Part shown: positions 39,206 through 47,504 of the stretch, piece by piece | Numbering within the stretch: position 1 is the stretch's first letter | Layout: every line of letters begins with the position of its first letter | IMG/VR virus record: IMGVR_UViG_3300023202_000137 | Coordinates: 26,758-90,757 of that record | Source of the DNA: a virus | Length of the DNA stretch: 64,000 nucleotides | Strand: one strand, 5' to 3' | Position numbers and translations under genes: made by a program | Notes under the pieces: model-generated | Databases searched by the model: none | Seen by the model: the letters and a program-made list of their open reading frames with translations, nothing else | What the model was told of the DNA's origin: nothing

Positions 39206-39698
39206 TCTGATCCTCTGTCTCTGGCCTGCTACGAAGCCATGCCTCCACAGCGTCTCGGTCCTCGCGGGCAGCGACGCTCACGCCATCCAACGTCCAGCTA
39301 TCCCAAGACAGCACGGGTTTCTTGTTGTCGAGGGCATAGGCCATCTCCTGCAGAGTCCCGAGTCGACCCGGCAAGGCTAGAACAATGTCAGCCGACAGTG
39401 GTGTGATCATGTTGCGAGCAAAGCCAATGCCCGTCGCGATCACGATGTCGATATGGTCGTTTGCGTCTTTGATACAGGAGCCCGGAAGAACTCCAATAGA
39501 AACGCCGCCCGCAGCTTTTGCACCACGGGCGGCGTGGCTCATTACACCTGATAGTCCACCGGTCAGAACATGGTAGCCCGCTTCAACAGCCGCCGCCCCA
39601 GCGTAAAACGCCATGTCGGCAACCTCATCAGACCACTTTGGGCCCCAACCTTTGGTGCCGATGATTGCACACACCGGCACTCGTTCCTTTGAGGGCAT
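39198..39698 (-). CDS. LOG/SLOG family protein (TIGR00725-like)
   Basis: TGGLSGVM..AARGA..AGG..IGVLPG, TGIGFARN, PGRLGTLQE (PGxxGTxxE). Start taken at the ATG after GGAGGGG; the track's TTG start is 39716. Confidence 0.9.
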   Translation of the reverse strand: MPSKERVPVCAIIGTKGWGPKWSDEVADMAFYAGAAAVEAGYHVLTGGLSGVMSHAARGAKAAGGVSIGVLPGSCIKDANDHIDIVIATGIGFARNMITPLSADIVLALPGRLGTLQEMAYALDNKKPVLSWDSWTLDGVSVAAREDRDAVEAWLRSRPETEDQNG

Positions 39699-39711
39699 CT
39701 GCCCCTCCATC

Positions 39712-39740
39712 GCCAACTCTAGTGTTGGCCTGTACCTGTT
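39712..39740 (-). promoter_or_regulatory. Intergenic motif AACAGGTACAG, copy 4, plus 6-bp hairpin
   Basis: Motif at 39730-39740 followed on the minus strand by GCCAAC-ACTAGA-GTTGGC; heads the SLOG-FolE2 cassette. Confidence 0.55.
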
Positions 39741-39749
39741 GCGCTGAGT

Positions 39750-40583
39750 TTAGGAGCCGCGCAGCTCTGGGGGATCGTCACCGAACGAACGGTAATCGTT
39801 GCCACCGTCGCTCTTGTTGACTTGGCCCCACTTCTCCGTGTCGGTGCGACTACGGCCAGTGTTCATGTCCGAAGGCCATCGAACGTCGTCGTTGGACTTC
39901 TTGAGCTTTGCGATTTCCGCATCGCGAGACTTGGCACGACGCTTTCGTTTTTCGTCGTCGCTCTCTTCGTCCTCGCCGTTTTCTTTGCGGCGCTTGGCCT
40001 CTTTCTTGTCTTCCTCTTTCTGATCCGCGCGGCGCTTGTCCTTCTCCTCGTCGCTCTCATCAGGAAGACCAGCAGCCTTGCGGCGCTTGGACTCTTCTTT
40101 GTCCTCTTCCTCCTCCATCTCCTCTTGCTTGGCCTTGGCTTTGAGTCGTCGTTCCTTCTCTTTCTCTTCCTCCTCGTCGGCCTTCTTGCCTTTGCCCTCG
40201 TCGTCGTCTTCGCCAAAGGGCTTGGCTTTCTTGAGATCGGTCACGACTTCGGTGAGCTTCTCCACTGCATCGGTGAGCTTGCGCGTGCTCTCGGTGAAGT
40301 CGCCTTCGTTCCGATGCTGCGCAGGATCCCGGGTTACGCTCACCTTCACCACCTCAGCGTCGGGATCATCTTCGAGCTGCTTGCCTACCGACTCGATGTT
40401 TTGCTGAAGTGCTTCGATGCGAGATTCATCTTGCTCTTTGATCGCATCGGCCAACTCATCCTTGGCGTAGGCTTGGAACTTCTCCAGACTCATCGTCTTC
40501 TCGACGCGACCCTTGCCCTTTGCCAATGCTCCCTTTGCTTGCTTTGTCAGTGACTCCAGCATGCCGGTGAACTTATCGCTCAT
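39750..40583 (-). CDS. Highly charged scaffold-like/internal head protein
   Basis: E/K/D/R-rich repeats (EEDKEESKRRK, EEDKKEAKRRK) and a WPSDMN motif shared with the scaffold. Confidence 0.65.
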   Translation of the reverse strand: MSDKFTGMLESLTKQAKGALAKGKGRVEKTMSLEKFQAYAKDELADAIKEQDESRIEALQQNIESVGKQLEDDPDAEVVKVSVTRDPAQHRNEGDFTESTRKLTDAVEKLTEVVTDLKKAKPFGEDDDEGKGKKADEEEEKEKERRLKAKAKQEEMEEEEDKEESKRRKAAGLPDESDEEKDKRRADQKEEDKKEAKRRKENGEDEESDDEKRKRRAKSRDAEIAKLKKSNDDVRWPSDMNTGRSRTDTEKWGQVNKSDGGNDYRSFGDDPPELRGS

Positions 40584-40589
40584 GGTGTT

Positions 40590-40928
40590 TCACTCCGTTG
40601 TTGGGGCTGAAGCCCACATGGTTCTCTGGTTGGGTACGTACGGCACCCCGTCCAGCTCAGCCCGAAGCGCCATTGGCATTTCATCGAGCGTTCGCTGTAG
40701 CGAGTATCCCATATCACCCCGCAACACTCTAAACCAGTTTGTCAGAATCTCGAAGCGTCGTCGCATCTCCGAGTTGCTGACCTGTATTTCGCGCGACCTC
40801 GATTTCCTTGCATCCTCTTTGAATGAGTCAAAGAGCATGCCCTCGATGCGTTGCGTGACAGTGGCTAGCTGCTCTGGTGAATTCAGGAACTCCGCAAAGG
40901 AGCCGCGTTTGATGACTTCAACACCCAT
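40590..40928 (-). CDS. Hypothetical protein
   Basis: 112-aa ORF in the head operon. Confidence 0.6.
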   Translation of the reverse strand: MGVEVIKRGSFAEFLNSPEQLATVTQRIEGMLFDSFKEDARKSRSREIQVSNSEMRRRFEILTNWFRVLRGDMGYSLQRTLDEMPMALRAELDGVPYVPNQRTMWASAPTTE

Positions 40929-40952
40929 CGAGCGCGACTGTAGTTCATTGGA

Positions 40953-42326
40953 CTACGTTTCCGCAACCGTAGTCGTGCGGCAAAGGCCGTGGTACGGGGG
41001 GGCACCTATGCGATTTCCCTCCAGGTTGCGTCCAGCGCTCGTGGTGGAGTAGTTGCCAGCGCTCTGAGTCCCCAATCCGGTCTTGTTTACCTCAAACAGC
41101 CTGGTTCCGTTGGCCTGCCAAAAGGTGCGCCCATCGCTGGTAGTCTCGGTCGTTGCCCATGGGTTGGCAGCCTTCATGGTGTCCACGCTCCCGGCTTTCT
41201 CGGCGTCCTCCATGATGCTGATAGATCGCTCCACGTCGATGACTCGACCATCCACCCACCTGCAGAAATCGGTGGTCGCCTCATCTTGGACCGCTACGGC
41301 TACGAACTTTGTGATCCCTGCATCCACGTAGGAACTCAGCTCTGCCCGGGACCTAGAGCGATCAACCAAAGCAGCAGCGTACACACGGAAGTAGGATTCG
41401 GTCCGGCCTGAGACCCTGTTTCGGAACTCCCCTAAAAGGTCTTCCGATATTTGCCCACGCCCCAGTCCTTCTTCCAGGCCACGCTCTACAATTTCACGAG
41501 CACGACCCTCGAACTGGGACGCCCGTACACCGTACTCGTTGGTCAACCAGGTTACAGAGGTCTGCTGCGCTGCACGCAAAGACTCTCGGTCTGCAGATGT
41601 CAGGCTCACGTTGATGTCGAAACGATGTCGCTCGATGGCAGCACGTCGCGCACCCTTCATGGTTCGCTCGCCTTCACGTTCAATGACGCCTCGAATCCCA
41701 CGCACCGCGCGTACCGGTACCTCTTCGATCCGTGCCGATGCTTGCCGTATGAGATTGTTCCGTCGCCTGGCGTTCATCCCTGGCCAGTCGGAATCAATAA
41801 ACCGTCGAGCTGCTCGTATCTGCGCCCTCTCGTTCTTGCCAGCGACTCCCACCATGGCGTCAGCGGCCTGGCGTACAATCAAGGCTCTGTTGCGAGATTT
41901 GCTAGGATCGAGAATTCGCTTGGCCTTTTCAACAGGAAACAGAATTTCCTCGGCTGCCTCGATGGCCTTGGTCAGCATTTTCTCGGTGGAGGCTCGTCGT
42001 AGTTTCTCGATCCCTTGGTAGAGTATCTGCTCGCCAACCATACAGACTGCTTTGCCGACGATGATTTCCTCACCAGTCTCCGCAACTATCATTGACGCAA
42101 CTCTCTGCAGATTATCCAGACTCTCCCCCGGGGCGCCCCGGGTAAACTTCTCACCGCATACGAGCACGTACCCTTTGGCTACTCCTGGGTTTTCAGGCGG
42201 ACGCCACCCCATTGCACGCATAGCGATGTCGCATCGGTCGCCAAGGTCGAGGTTTGGGCCAACGTTGAAAAAGCCCGTGAAGGGTACGGGTTCAACCGAA
42301 AATACTGTTTCAGGAACTTCGCACAT
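40953..42326 (-). CDS. MuF-like minor head protein (SPP1 gp7 family)
   Basis: AV.DE.TT.FCR.VDGR and PPYHGLCRTT; follows the portal. Confidence 0.88.
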   Translation of the reverse strand: MCEVPETVFSVEPVPFTGFFNVGPNLDLGDRCDIAMRAMGWRPPENPGVAKGYVLVCGEKFTRGAPGESLDNLQRVASMIVAETGEEIIVGKAVCMVGEQILYQGIEKLRRASTEKMLTKAIEAAEEILFPVEKAKRILDPSKSRNRALIVRQAADAMVGVAGKNERAQIRAARRFIDSDWPGMNARRRNNLIRQASARIEEVPVRAVRGIRGVIEREGERTMKGARRAAIERHRFDINVSLTSADRESLRAAQQTSVTWLTNEYGVRASQFEGRAREIVERGLEEGLGRGQISEDLLGEFRNRVSGRTESYFRVYAAALVDRSRSRAELSSYVDAGITKFVAVAVQDEATTDFCRWVDGRVIDVERSISIMEDAEKAGSVDTMKAANPWATTETTSDGRTFWQANGTRLFEVNKTGLGTQSAGNYSTTSAGRNLEGNRIGAPPYHGLCRTTTVAET

Positions 42327-42579
42327 TGGACAGGACTATAGGGGACCGCTCTCGACCTTGCACTTCGATTCCACGCTCGGTGGCTCGGATGACAATCTCA
42401 TTTCTAGCCGTGCAGTCGTCGCAGATCCCATAGAGAAGGTACCCGTTGCGCCATACCGTCATTGCCCGGTCTATCGGCCCCAATACCTTGCATTTTCTGC
42501 AGCAAAGCACCTCTTGGGCGGCTTCCTGCTGGGCTTCCTCTGCCCAAGCCTTTCCATCACTCTCGGTCAATGAACTCAT
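42310..42579 (-). CDS. Small Zn-finger protein
   Basis: CRKC...CDDC; overlaps both neighbours. Confidence 0.5.
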   Translation of the reverse strand: MSSLTESDGKAWAEEAQQEAAQEVLCCRKCKVLGPIDRAMTVWRNGYLLYGICDDCTARNEIVIRATERGIEVQGRERSPIVLSNVRSS

Positions 42580-44488
42580 CCATCTGGTCGGGGGTTACCT
42601 CGATCACTATGGTTTCCCCCCCGTTCTCTTCCCGGTCACGTCGCAACTGTTCGATCTCTTCCTTCTGCAGCGACGAGGTAAGGCTGGAGCGGATACGAAG
42701 CAGCATTTGAGCGACCTCGCTCATTCCATCGCTCGTGATTGATGGGATCTTGGGCTGCTTACCTTGGGCGGGCTTCAATCGTCCACCGCTGTCCAGGTCC
42801 CCGCTCGTCGTGTCGCCCTTTTCTTCGTCGATGCGGCGTGCGCTCGGAGAAGACTCTTGCCCGGTCTGAATTCCAGCGAGAGTGAAGCTCAACGGCTGCT
42901 TGGTCCAGTCGTCTTTGATGATCTCAAACTCGCGGTTGAATATATCCCCCGCGAGCATTCGAGATTCTGCTGGTACGAGCACCCCTTGTTTGGTCAGCTC
43001 TGCAACGAGCTTGCCCATTGTCTCGGGGTCCCGACTGACGGGGCTGTTCGATTGGTAGCGCCAAAACTTTGCGTTCAGCTCTGGCATGATTCGATTGTTT
43101 ACAAAGAAATCGAAGTCGTCACGCTCTGGCTGAAAGACTTGCTCCTCTGCCATACGCAGTGCGGCCAGCGCAGTTGCCCGGTTGAAGTCTCGCGACTCCC
43201 CCCGAAGCAAACGAGGTACTCGAAACGACGACCCAACCTTGTCAATGTTGTTCTGATCGTACTCCTGGAAGAGCCCATCCTTGTGTTGAGCATCGAGCAA
43301 GGGCTTGATCTCGATCATCGGGCGCTGTGGGCTCGGCCCTTCGGTCCGGTTGTTGGGGGCAACCGCTTCGAGCACCATGATCTTGTGAAAATTTCGCTTT
43401 CCTTTGATCTGGTTCTCAATGAAGTTCTCAATGCGAGGCACTGAGCTTTTGCTGAGACGGCCACCGGACACAAGTACCGCCATCGGGGGTACGGTCTTGT
43501 TCTCGAAGTAGAAAAAGTTCACCTCTTCAGCAGATCGAGACCCCAGAACCGAGATCAATACACCGATCCAGCGCGGCACCCCATAAGGAGAACGCGAGCT
43601 TTCGATTTTGAAATGGATCATCTCGTTGGCTGGCTGCGCGGTCTCGCCCTCTTTCTTTCGCAGCTCCTCCATGTTGCTGAAGAAGTGCCCGGTGGTGCGT
43701 GATACGATTCGTGGGTCGCCAAACTCTTTGAAGAAAACGGGCGTACCTGTTTCTGCTAATTGAACGTAGGTGCGGAACTGCTTGGTGATGTTGACGGTGC
43801 CAAACGTTATTGGAGAAATCTGCACCCGCTCTTTCACGGTCATCGGCTGCGGGTTTATCCCGCGCAGACGTACCGTCCAAGAGGGCACGTAGACAAAGCG
43901 AGCAATCGACCCAGCATTGTTGCGGAGGATTTCCCAATAGGCGTTTCCTGTGACCTCAAGATCTTGTCTCGTGATCTTGCGCAGCTTTGGAAAGCTCATG
44001 TCCTGGGCGACGAACCTGAAAAATGCTTGGACTTTGGATTTCTCTATGCGCGACCCTAGCTTGAGTGCCTTGGCTCGGTTCTCGATTTCCTCATCGGTCG
44101 GCTTCAGGTCATCCAGCTCAGCCTCCGTGATGTCGAACCCCTCCTTTGCCAGTCGCTCCATAATAATGGAGTCAGCTATTTTTTCGTTGGCGTCTTCTGC
44201 ATCGAGATCAATTGCCGCTTCGAGCCGGTGACCGAAGGCATCTATGTTGACCGCGTAGGCATCGACGTTTGGTCGCAGGCTATTGCTGATCTCGAACAAC
44301 CCAGCCAGAGTTTCTGGGTCGTGCGGGGGCTCGATTGCTCCAGACTTGTTGAATACAGACTCGCGGTCCTCTGGCTGTTGCTGCGACGACTGCAAAGGAA
44401 TACCGCTGGGTTCTGATCCCACGGTGAACGCCTTGCTGAGTACCTCTCGGTTACGCTCAACGACTGACTGTTTGCTTTTGTTGCTCAC
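42557..44488 (-). CDS. Portal protein (PBSX-like)
   Basis: DLEVTGNAYWEILR, NEMIHFK, YGVPRWI, N..YFEN..VP, FRVP.LL.G..DFNRATA, VFQPE. Confidence 0.93.
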   Translation of the reverse strand: MSNKSKQSVVERNREVLSKAFTVGSEPSGIPLQSSQQQPEDRESVFNKSGAIEPPHDPETLAGLFEISNSLRPNVDAYAVNIDAFGHRLEAAIDLDAEDANEKIADSIIMERLAKEGFDITEAELDDLKPTDEEIENRAKALKLGSRIEKSKVQAFFRFVAQDMSFPKLRKITRQDLEVTGNAYWEILRNNAGSIARFVYVPSWTVRLRGINPQPMTVKERVQISPITFGTVNITKQFRTYVQLAETGTPVFFKEFGDPRIVSRTTGHFFSNMEELRKKEGETAQPANEMIHFKIESSRSPYGVPRWIGVLISVLGSRSAEEVNFFYFENKTVPPMAVLVSGGRLSKSSVPRIENFIENQIKGKRNFHKIMVLEAVAPNNRTEGPSPQRPMIEIKPLLDAQHKDGLFQEYDQNNIDKVGSSFRVPRLLRGESRDFNRATALAALRMAEEQVFQPERDDFDFFVNNRIMPELNAKFWRYQSNSPVSRDPETMGKLVAELTKQGVLVPAESRMLAGDIFNREFEIIKDDWTKQPLSFTLAGIQTGQESSPSARRIDEEKGDTTSGDLDSGGRLKPAQGKQPKIPSITSDGMSEVAQMLLRIRSSLTSSLQKEEIEQLRRDREENGGETIVIEVTPDQMDEFIDRE

Positions 44489-44778
44489 TGCGTACGAGTG
44501 TTGCGACCGTAGATGTTGATCTCGGGTGCCGTACCCAAAGTCGAAACGTTCACACGAAGAAACGCAGCTAGGTCGGTGATAGCTGTATTGCTGACAGGCC
44601 CCGTCGTGGAAGCCACTGCCTCAAACCAGTTGCTTCCATCTAGGGAGGCCTCGACTGTGAAATCGAACCCAGCCCCCCCGACAACTTGCAGCGTTTTCTC
44701 GGTCAGGTCTTGGACGTTGAGCGCTTCCCCTGGACCACTAGATCCAGGATAGCGAAGTTTCACACGTTCAAATCGCAT
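44485..44778 (-). CDS. Small beta-rich virion protein
   Basis: VEASLDGSNWF...FLRVNV jelly-roll-like pattern. Confidence 0.55.
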   Translation of the reverse strand: MRFERVKLRYPGSSGPGEALNVQDLTEKTLQVVGGAGFDFTVEASLDGSNWFEAVASTTGPVSNTAITDLAAFLRVNVSTLGTAPEINIYGRNTRTQ

Positions 44779-44787
44779 AGCTCTCTC

Positions 44788-45135
44788 CTACTGGGGCCAC
44801 ATGAAAACACCAGCCACCACTCCTGCAGGAATATACAGCAACGGTGTCCAGTCGGGAGGGTCTAGCTTCAACAGCAGCCAGTGAACGAGGGACAGCACTC
44901 CTCCTGCAGAAAGTAGAATCCCAACAGATGCCCACCAGTTTCCAAGCAAGGGGTCGAGATCTGGACCCCAGAAGTGCCCCCCCAGAACGCCCCAGGCGTA
45001 GGGGAAGAACGACACCCGATACCCATAGGATCGAAAACGCCTGGATATAGTGGGGGTGGTTCGTACGACAAAGATCACGTCAACGATGGCGATGACTGCG
45101 ACGCCCGCCAAAATAAACCAGTCAGCGCCGCTCAT
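44788..45135 (-). CDS. Small multi-pass membrane protein
   Basis: About four hydrophobic segments, TISR and WGVLGGHF motifs; ATGA-coupled start at 45135. Confidence 0.6.
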   Translation of the reverse strand: MSGADWFILAGVAVIAIVDVIFVVRTTPTISRRFRSYGYRVSFFPYAWGVLGGHFWGPDLDPLLGNWWASVGILLSAGGVLSLVHWLLLKLDPPDWTPLLYIPAGVVAGVFMWPQ

Positions 45136-45386
45136 GACCAACCGTGCTGGTTCTTGAAGCGGGTCAGGCACTCCGAGGCAAGGTTGTCCACTGCCGTCTG
45201 CACCGCTGCAGGAAGGTTCCCAACGTCAAACTCAAACTGCCCCTCATGCTTTACCGAGGCATCGTCGCTCTGGACCTGCACGGCTCCAACGAGCAAGGTC
45301 ACGTTACCTTGACCGTCGCACCTGATGCGGATGTCGGTTACGGAGTCTGAATTGGGCTCGGTTAGGGTAGGGGTCTTATTTGCCAT
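45132..45386 (-). CDS. Hypothetical protein
   Basis: 84 aa, AAGGAG RBS. Confidence 0.6.
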   Translation of the reverse strand: MANKTPTLTEPNSDSVTDIRIRCDGQGNVTLLVGAVQVQSDDASVKHEGQFEFDVGNLPAAVQTAVDNLASECLTRFKNQHGWS

Positions 45387-45436
45387 CGAGGTCTCCTTTG
45401 CCTGGTTCGTACCCTTCTTACCACTGAAACTCTGCC

Positions 45437-45751
45437 CTAGGCTAGTTTCTGCAGCATCGCAGGGTCAGGTGGGGTGACTTCTATCACCTCTAGGGTACCA
45501 GCGCTGATGAGCTGCGCTAGTTCTAACGCTGTTGATTTGGGCGGCACCCCTACCCCAGCTCGGCCTACCATGTTGCGAGCGGTGTTGAAATCAAATGCCA
45601 TGATCGCAGGATCTGTGTCTTTGTTGAGAATATCCAGCTCCTCCCCTGGAGAGAAGGTATAGCTGTAGGTCGTCAAGTCCAGGGGTGCCCCTGTAGTGTT
45701 GCGAAGAACCATTTTTCCGCGCAGTGCTTGGATCTCGTCGTCGGTCATCAT
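45437..45751 (-). CDS. Hypothetical protein
   Basis: 104 aa, coupled to the upstream gene. Confidence 0.55.
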   Translation of the reverse strand: MMTDDEIQALRGKMVLRNTTGAPLDLTTYSYTFSPGEELDILNKDTDPAIMAFDFNTARNMVGRAGVGVPPKSTALELAQLISAGTLEVIEVTPPDPAMLQKLA

Positions 45752-47502
45752 GTCCTTGATGCGGAGTTGAAGGTAGAGAGAATGCCAAGCGGGCTTTGCG
45801 TAGTCAGCTCGGCGAGACTGAAAACCTCAGCGCTGATGTCACCGGTTGTTGCTCCAGCTATCTGTGCCCCGCCCCCTGCACCATCTAGATCAGTGTTCGT
45901 GTTCACCGCAAGGGTGGCCCGTGCACCTGTCACCCCGAATCCTATACCTGCATTTGGGTTGGGTCCGTTTACCAACTGCTGAAGCGCAAAACTGAAGTCC
46001 ACGGTGCATCCTGGACCGATCTCAATCGCAGTTTGTTGGTTCAAATTGTCGAATTCAATGACCTGAGCGGTTGTGTCTGAGGCAAAGGGCGCTGCTGTTC
46101 CACCGCCCGACAGCCTCAGCGCGTGGACTTCAAGGGAGGGATCTGCGTTCGTTCGGGTGTTAATGATCTTCGAGCGAACGCCTGGCCTGAAGAAACTGAT
46201 TTCTTGACCGGTAAGGTTCCCGCCGTCAGATATTTCAAGGGACGCCGCCGTGCTGAATTGCTTGGATTCAGCAACGCCATCCAGAATGCTGGCGTTATAC
46301 GACAGGGCCCCAAGAGCGTTGAACCATCCACCTTTGTGGCCCGACATATAAGTGTTCCAGAACGACAGGAACTCGCCGTCACAGTCACCAGCAAAGTCAG
46401 ACCCCAGCGTGATTGTTTCGTCGGCTAGAACGGAGCACATGAAAAGCTGCTGAAAGGCTGTGGCTTTGCTACGTAGTGCAACCTGGATGCCATCGGCTGG
46501 CCCAACTTCGACAAACTTGGCGTCAAACTGGGTGCGTTCCGCGCTCAATCCCCCACCGGTCATCGCGAACGTGAATGAGGAATTGGAGGCACCGTCAAGT
46601 CTGCAATCCAAAAGGTTCAGAAGCGCACCTGGATTCCCGAGATCTACACTCATCATGGAGTTGGCGAAATTCGTCAGGCCATCCTGGCTGTTGACAAAAA
46701 TTGAGGATGGTCGCCGTATGGTGAAGGTCGTGGTGTTGTCGATAGGTAGGGGGCACACGTTATTCATCAGCCAAACGGTCTGGTCATCGTGTCGCCAAAT
46801 CAGGCCGAGGAACCCATTGTCCGTGTAAACATACTGCCCCTTGAGGCTGCCGTCGTTCGGAAAGGTTGCTGGGTCTGAGGTTATGAAAGGGAGAAGGCTT
46901 CCCATCTGGTGACTGCGAACTACCCCCCCTCCATGCACTTGTTCCCAGTTGTCTGGGTCTGGGTCACCTTGGATGGTGAGGCTCACACCGTTCAGAAATT
47001 GCTTTCCTTGCAGCACAAAAGCACCGCTAAACCCTCCAGGTGCTGCTGTTGAAGGACGTTGGGTGTTGAATGTGTTGATCGTAATATCATGCGCGCAGAA
47101 GATCGGAAGGAAGTCGTAGAAGGAATCAAAATTTGCAAACGCGCTAGGGCTTCCGCTCTGCGAAGCCAAGTAATCAGTAACGTCGCCTTGGCTGGCAAAC
47201 ACAGTACCAACCGGTGGTCGCGGGGCAGCGTTCAATGCGTCAGCGTCCACCGTGACCGTAATGGGTTCCTCGGTGACCACCTTGGTGCCGCCCTGCAGCT
47301 CCCACACACCTGCAACGTTCTTGCGATAGAACTGATCTGTACCTGAGCGGTGGTACCACGTACCCAGCGGGGCTGCCTGAATCACTGCTGGCGCACCGGG
47401 ATCGTTGGGGTTGCCATCGAAACCGGTTGAAGTAGATGTCAGGAACGGTTCACGTGCCTGCACCTCCGCAGTGAGGATATCAACGTCGTCTTGCAGCGCC
47501 AT
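45748..47502 (-). CDS. Putative virion fibre/spike protein (beta-rich)
   Basis: 584 aa, G/S/T/N/F-rich; N-terminal G.P......APLGT.Y...Y.K....W fibre motif. Confidence 0.55.
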   Translation of the reverse strand: MALQDDVDILTAEVQAREPFLTSTSTGFDGNPNDPGAPAVIQAAPLGTWYHRSGTDQFYRKNVAGVWELQGGTKVVTEEPITVTVDADALNAAPRPPVGTVFASQGDVTDYLASQSGSPSAFANFDSFYDFLPIFCAHDITINTFNTQRPSTAAPGGFSGAFVLQGKQFLNGVSLTIQGDPDPDNWEQVHGGGVVRSHQMGSLLPFITSDPATFPNDGSLKGQYVYTDNGFLGLIWRHDDQTVWLMNNVCPLPIDNTTTFTIRRPSSIFVNSQDGLTNFANSMMSVDLGNPGALLNLLDCRLDGASNSSFTFAMTGGGLSAERTQFDAKFVEVGPADGIQVALRSKATAFQQLFMCSVLADETITLGSDFAGDCDGEFLSFWNTYMSGHKGGWFNALGALSYNASILDGVAESKQFSTAASLEISDGGNLTGQEISFFRPGVRSKIINTRTNADPSLEVHALRLSGGGTAAPFASDTTAQVIEFDNLNQQTAIEIGPGCTVDFSFALQQLVNGPNPNAGIGFGVTGARATLAVNTNTDLDGAGGGAQIAGATTGDISAEVFSLAELTTQSPLGILSTFNSASRT

Positions 47503-47504
47503 CT

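Noticed and set aside
43743-43751. Fifth AACAGGTAC copy
   Set aside because: It lies inside the portal coding sequence (ETGT codons) and is probably incidental.
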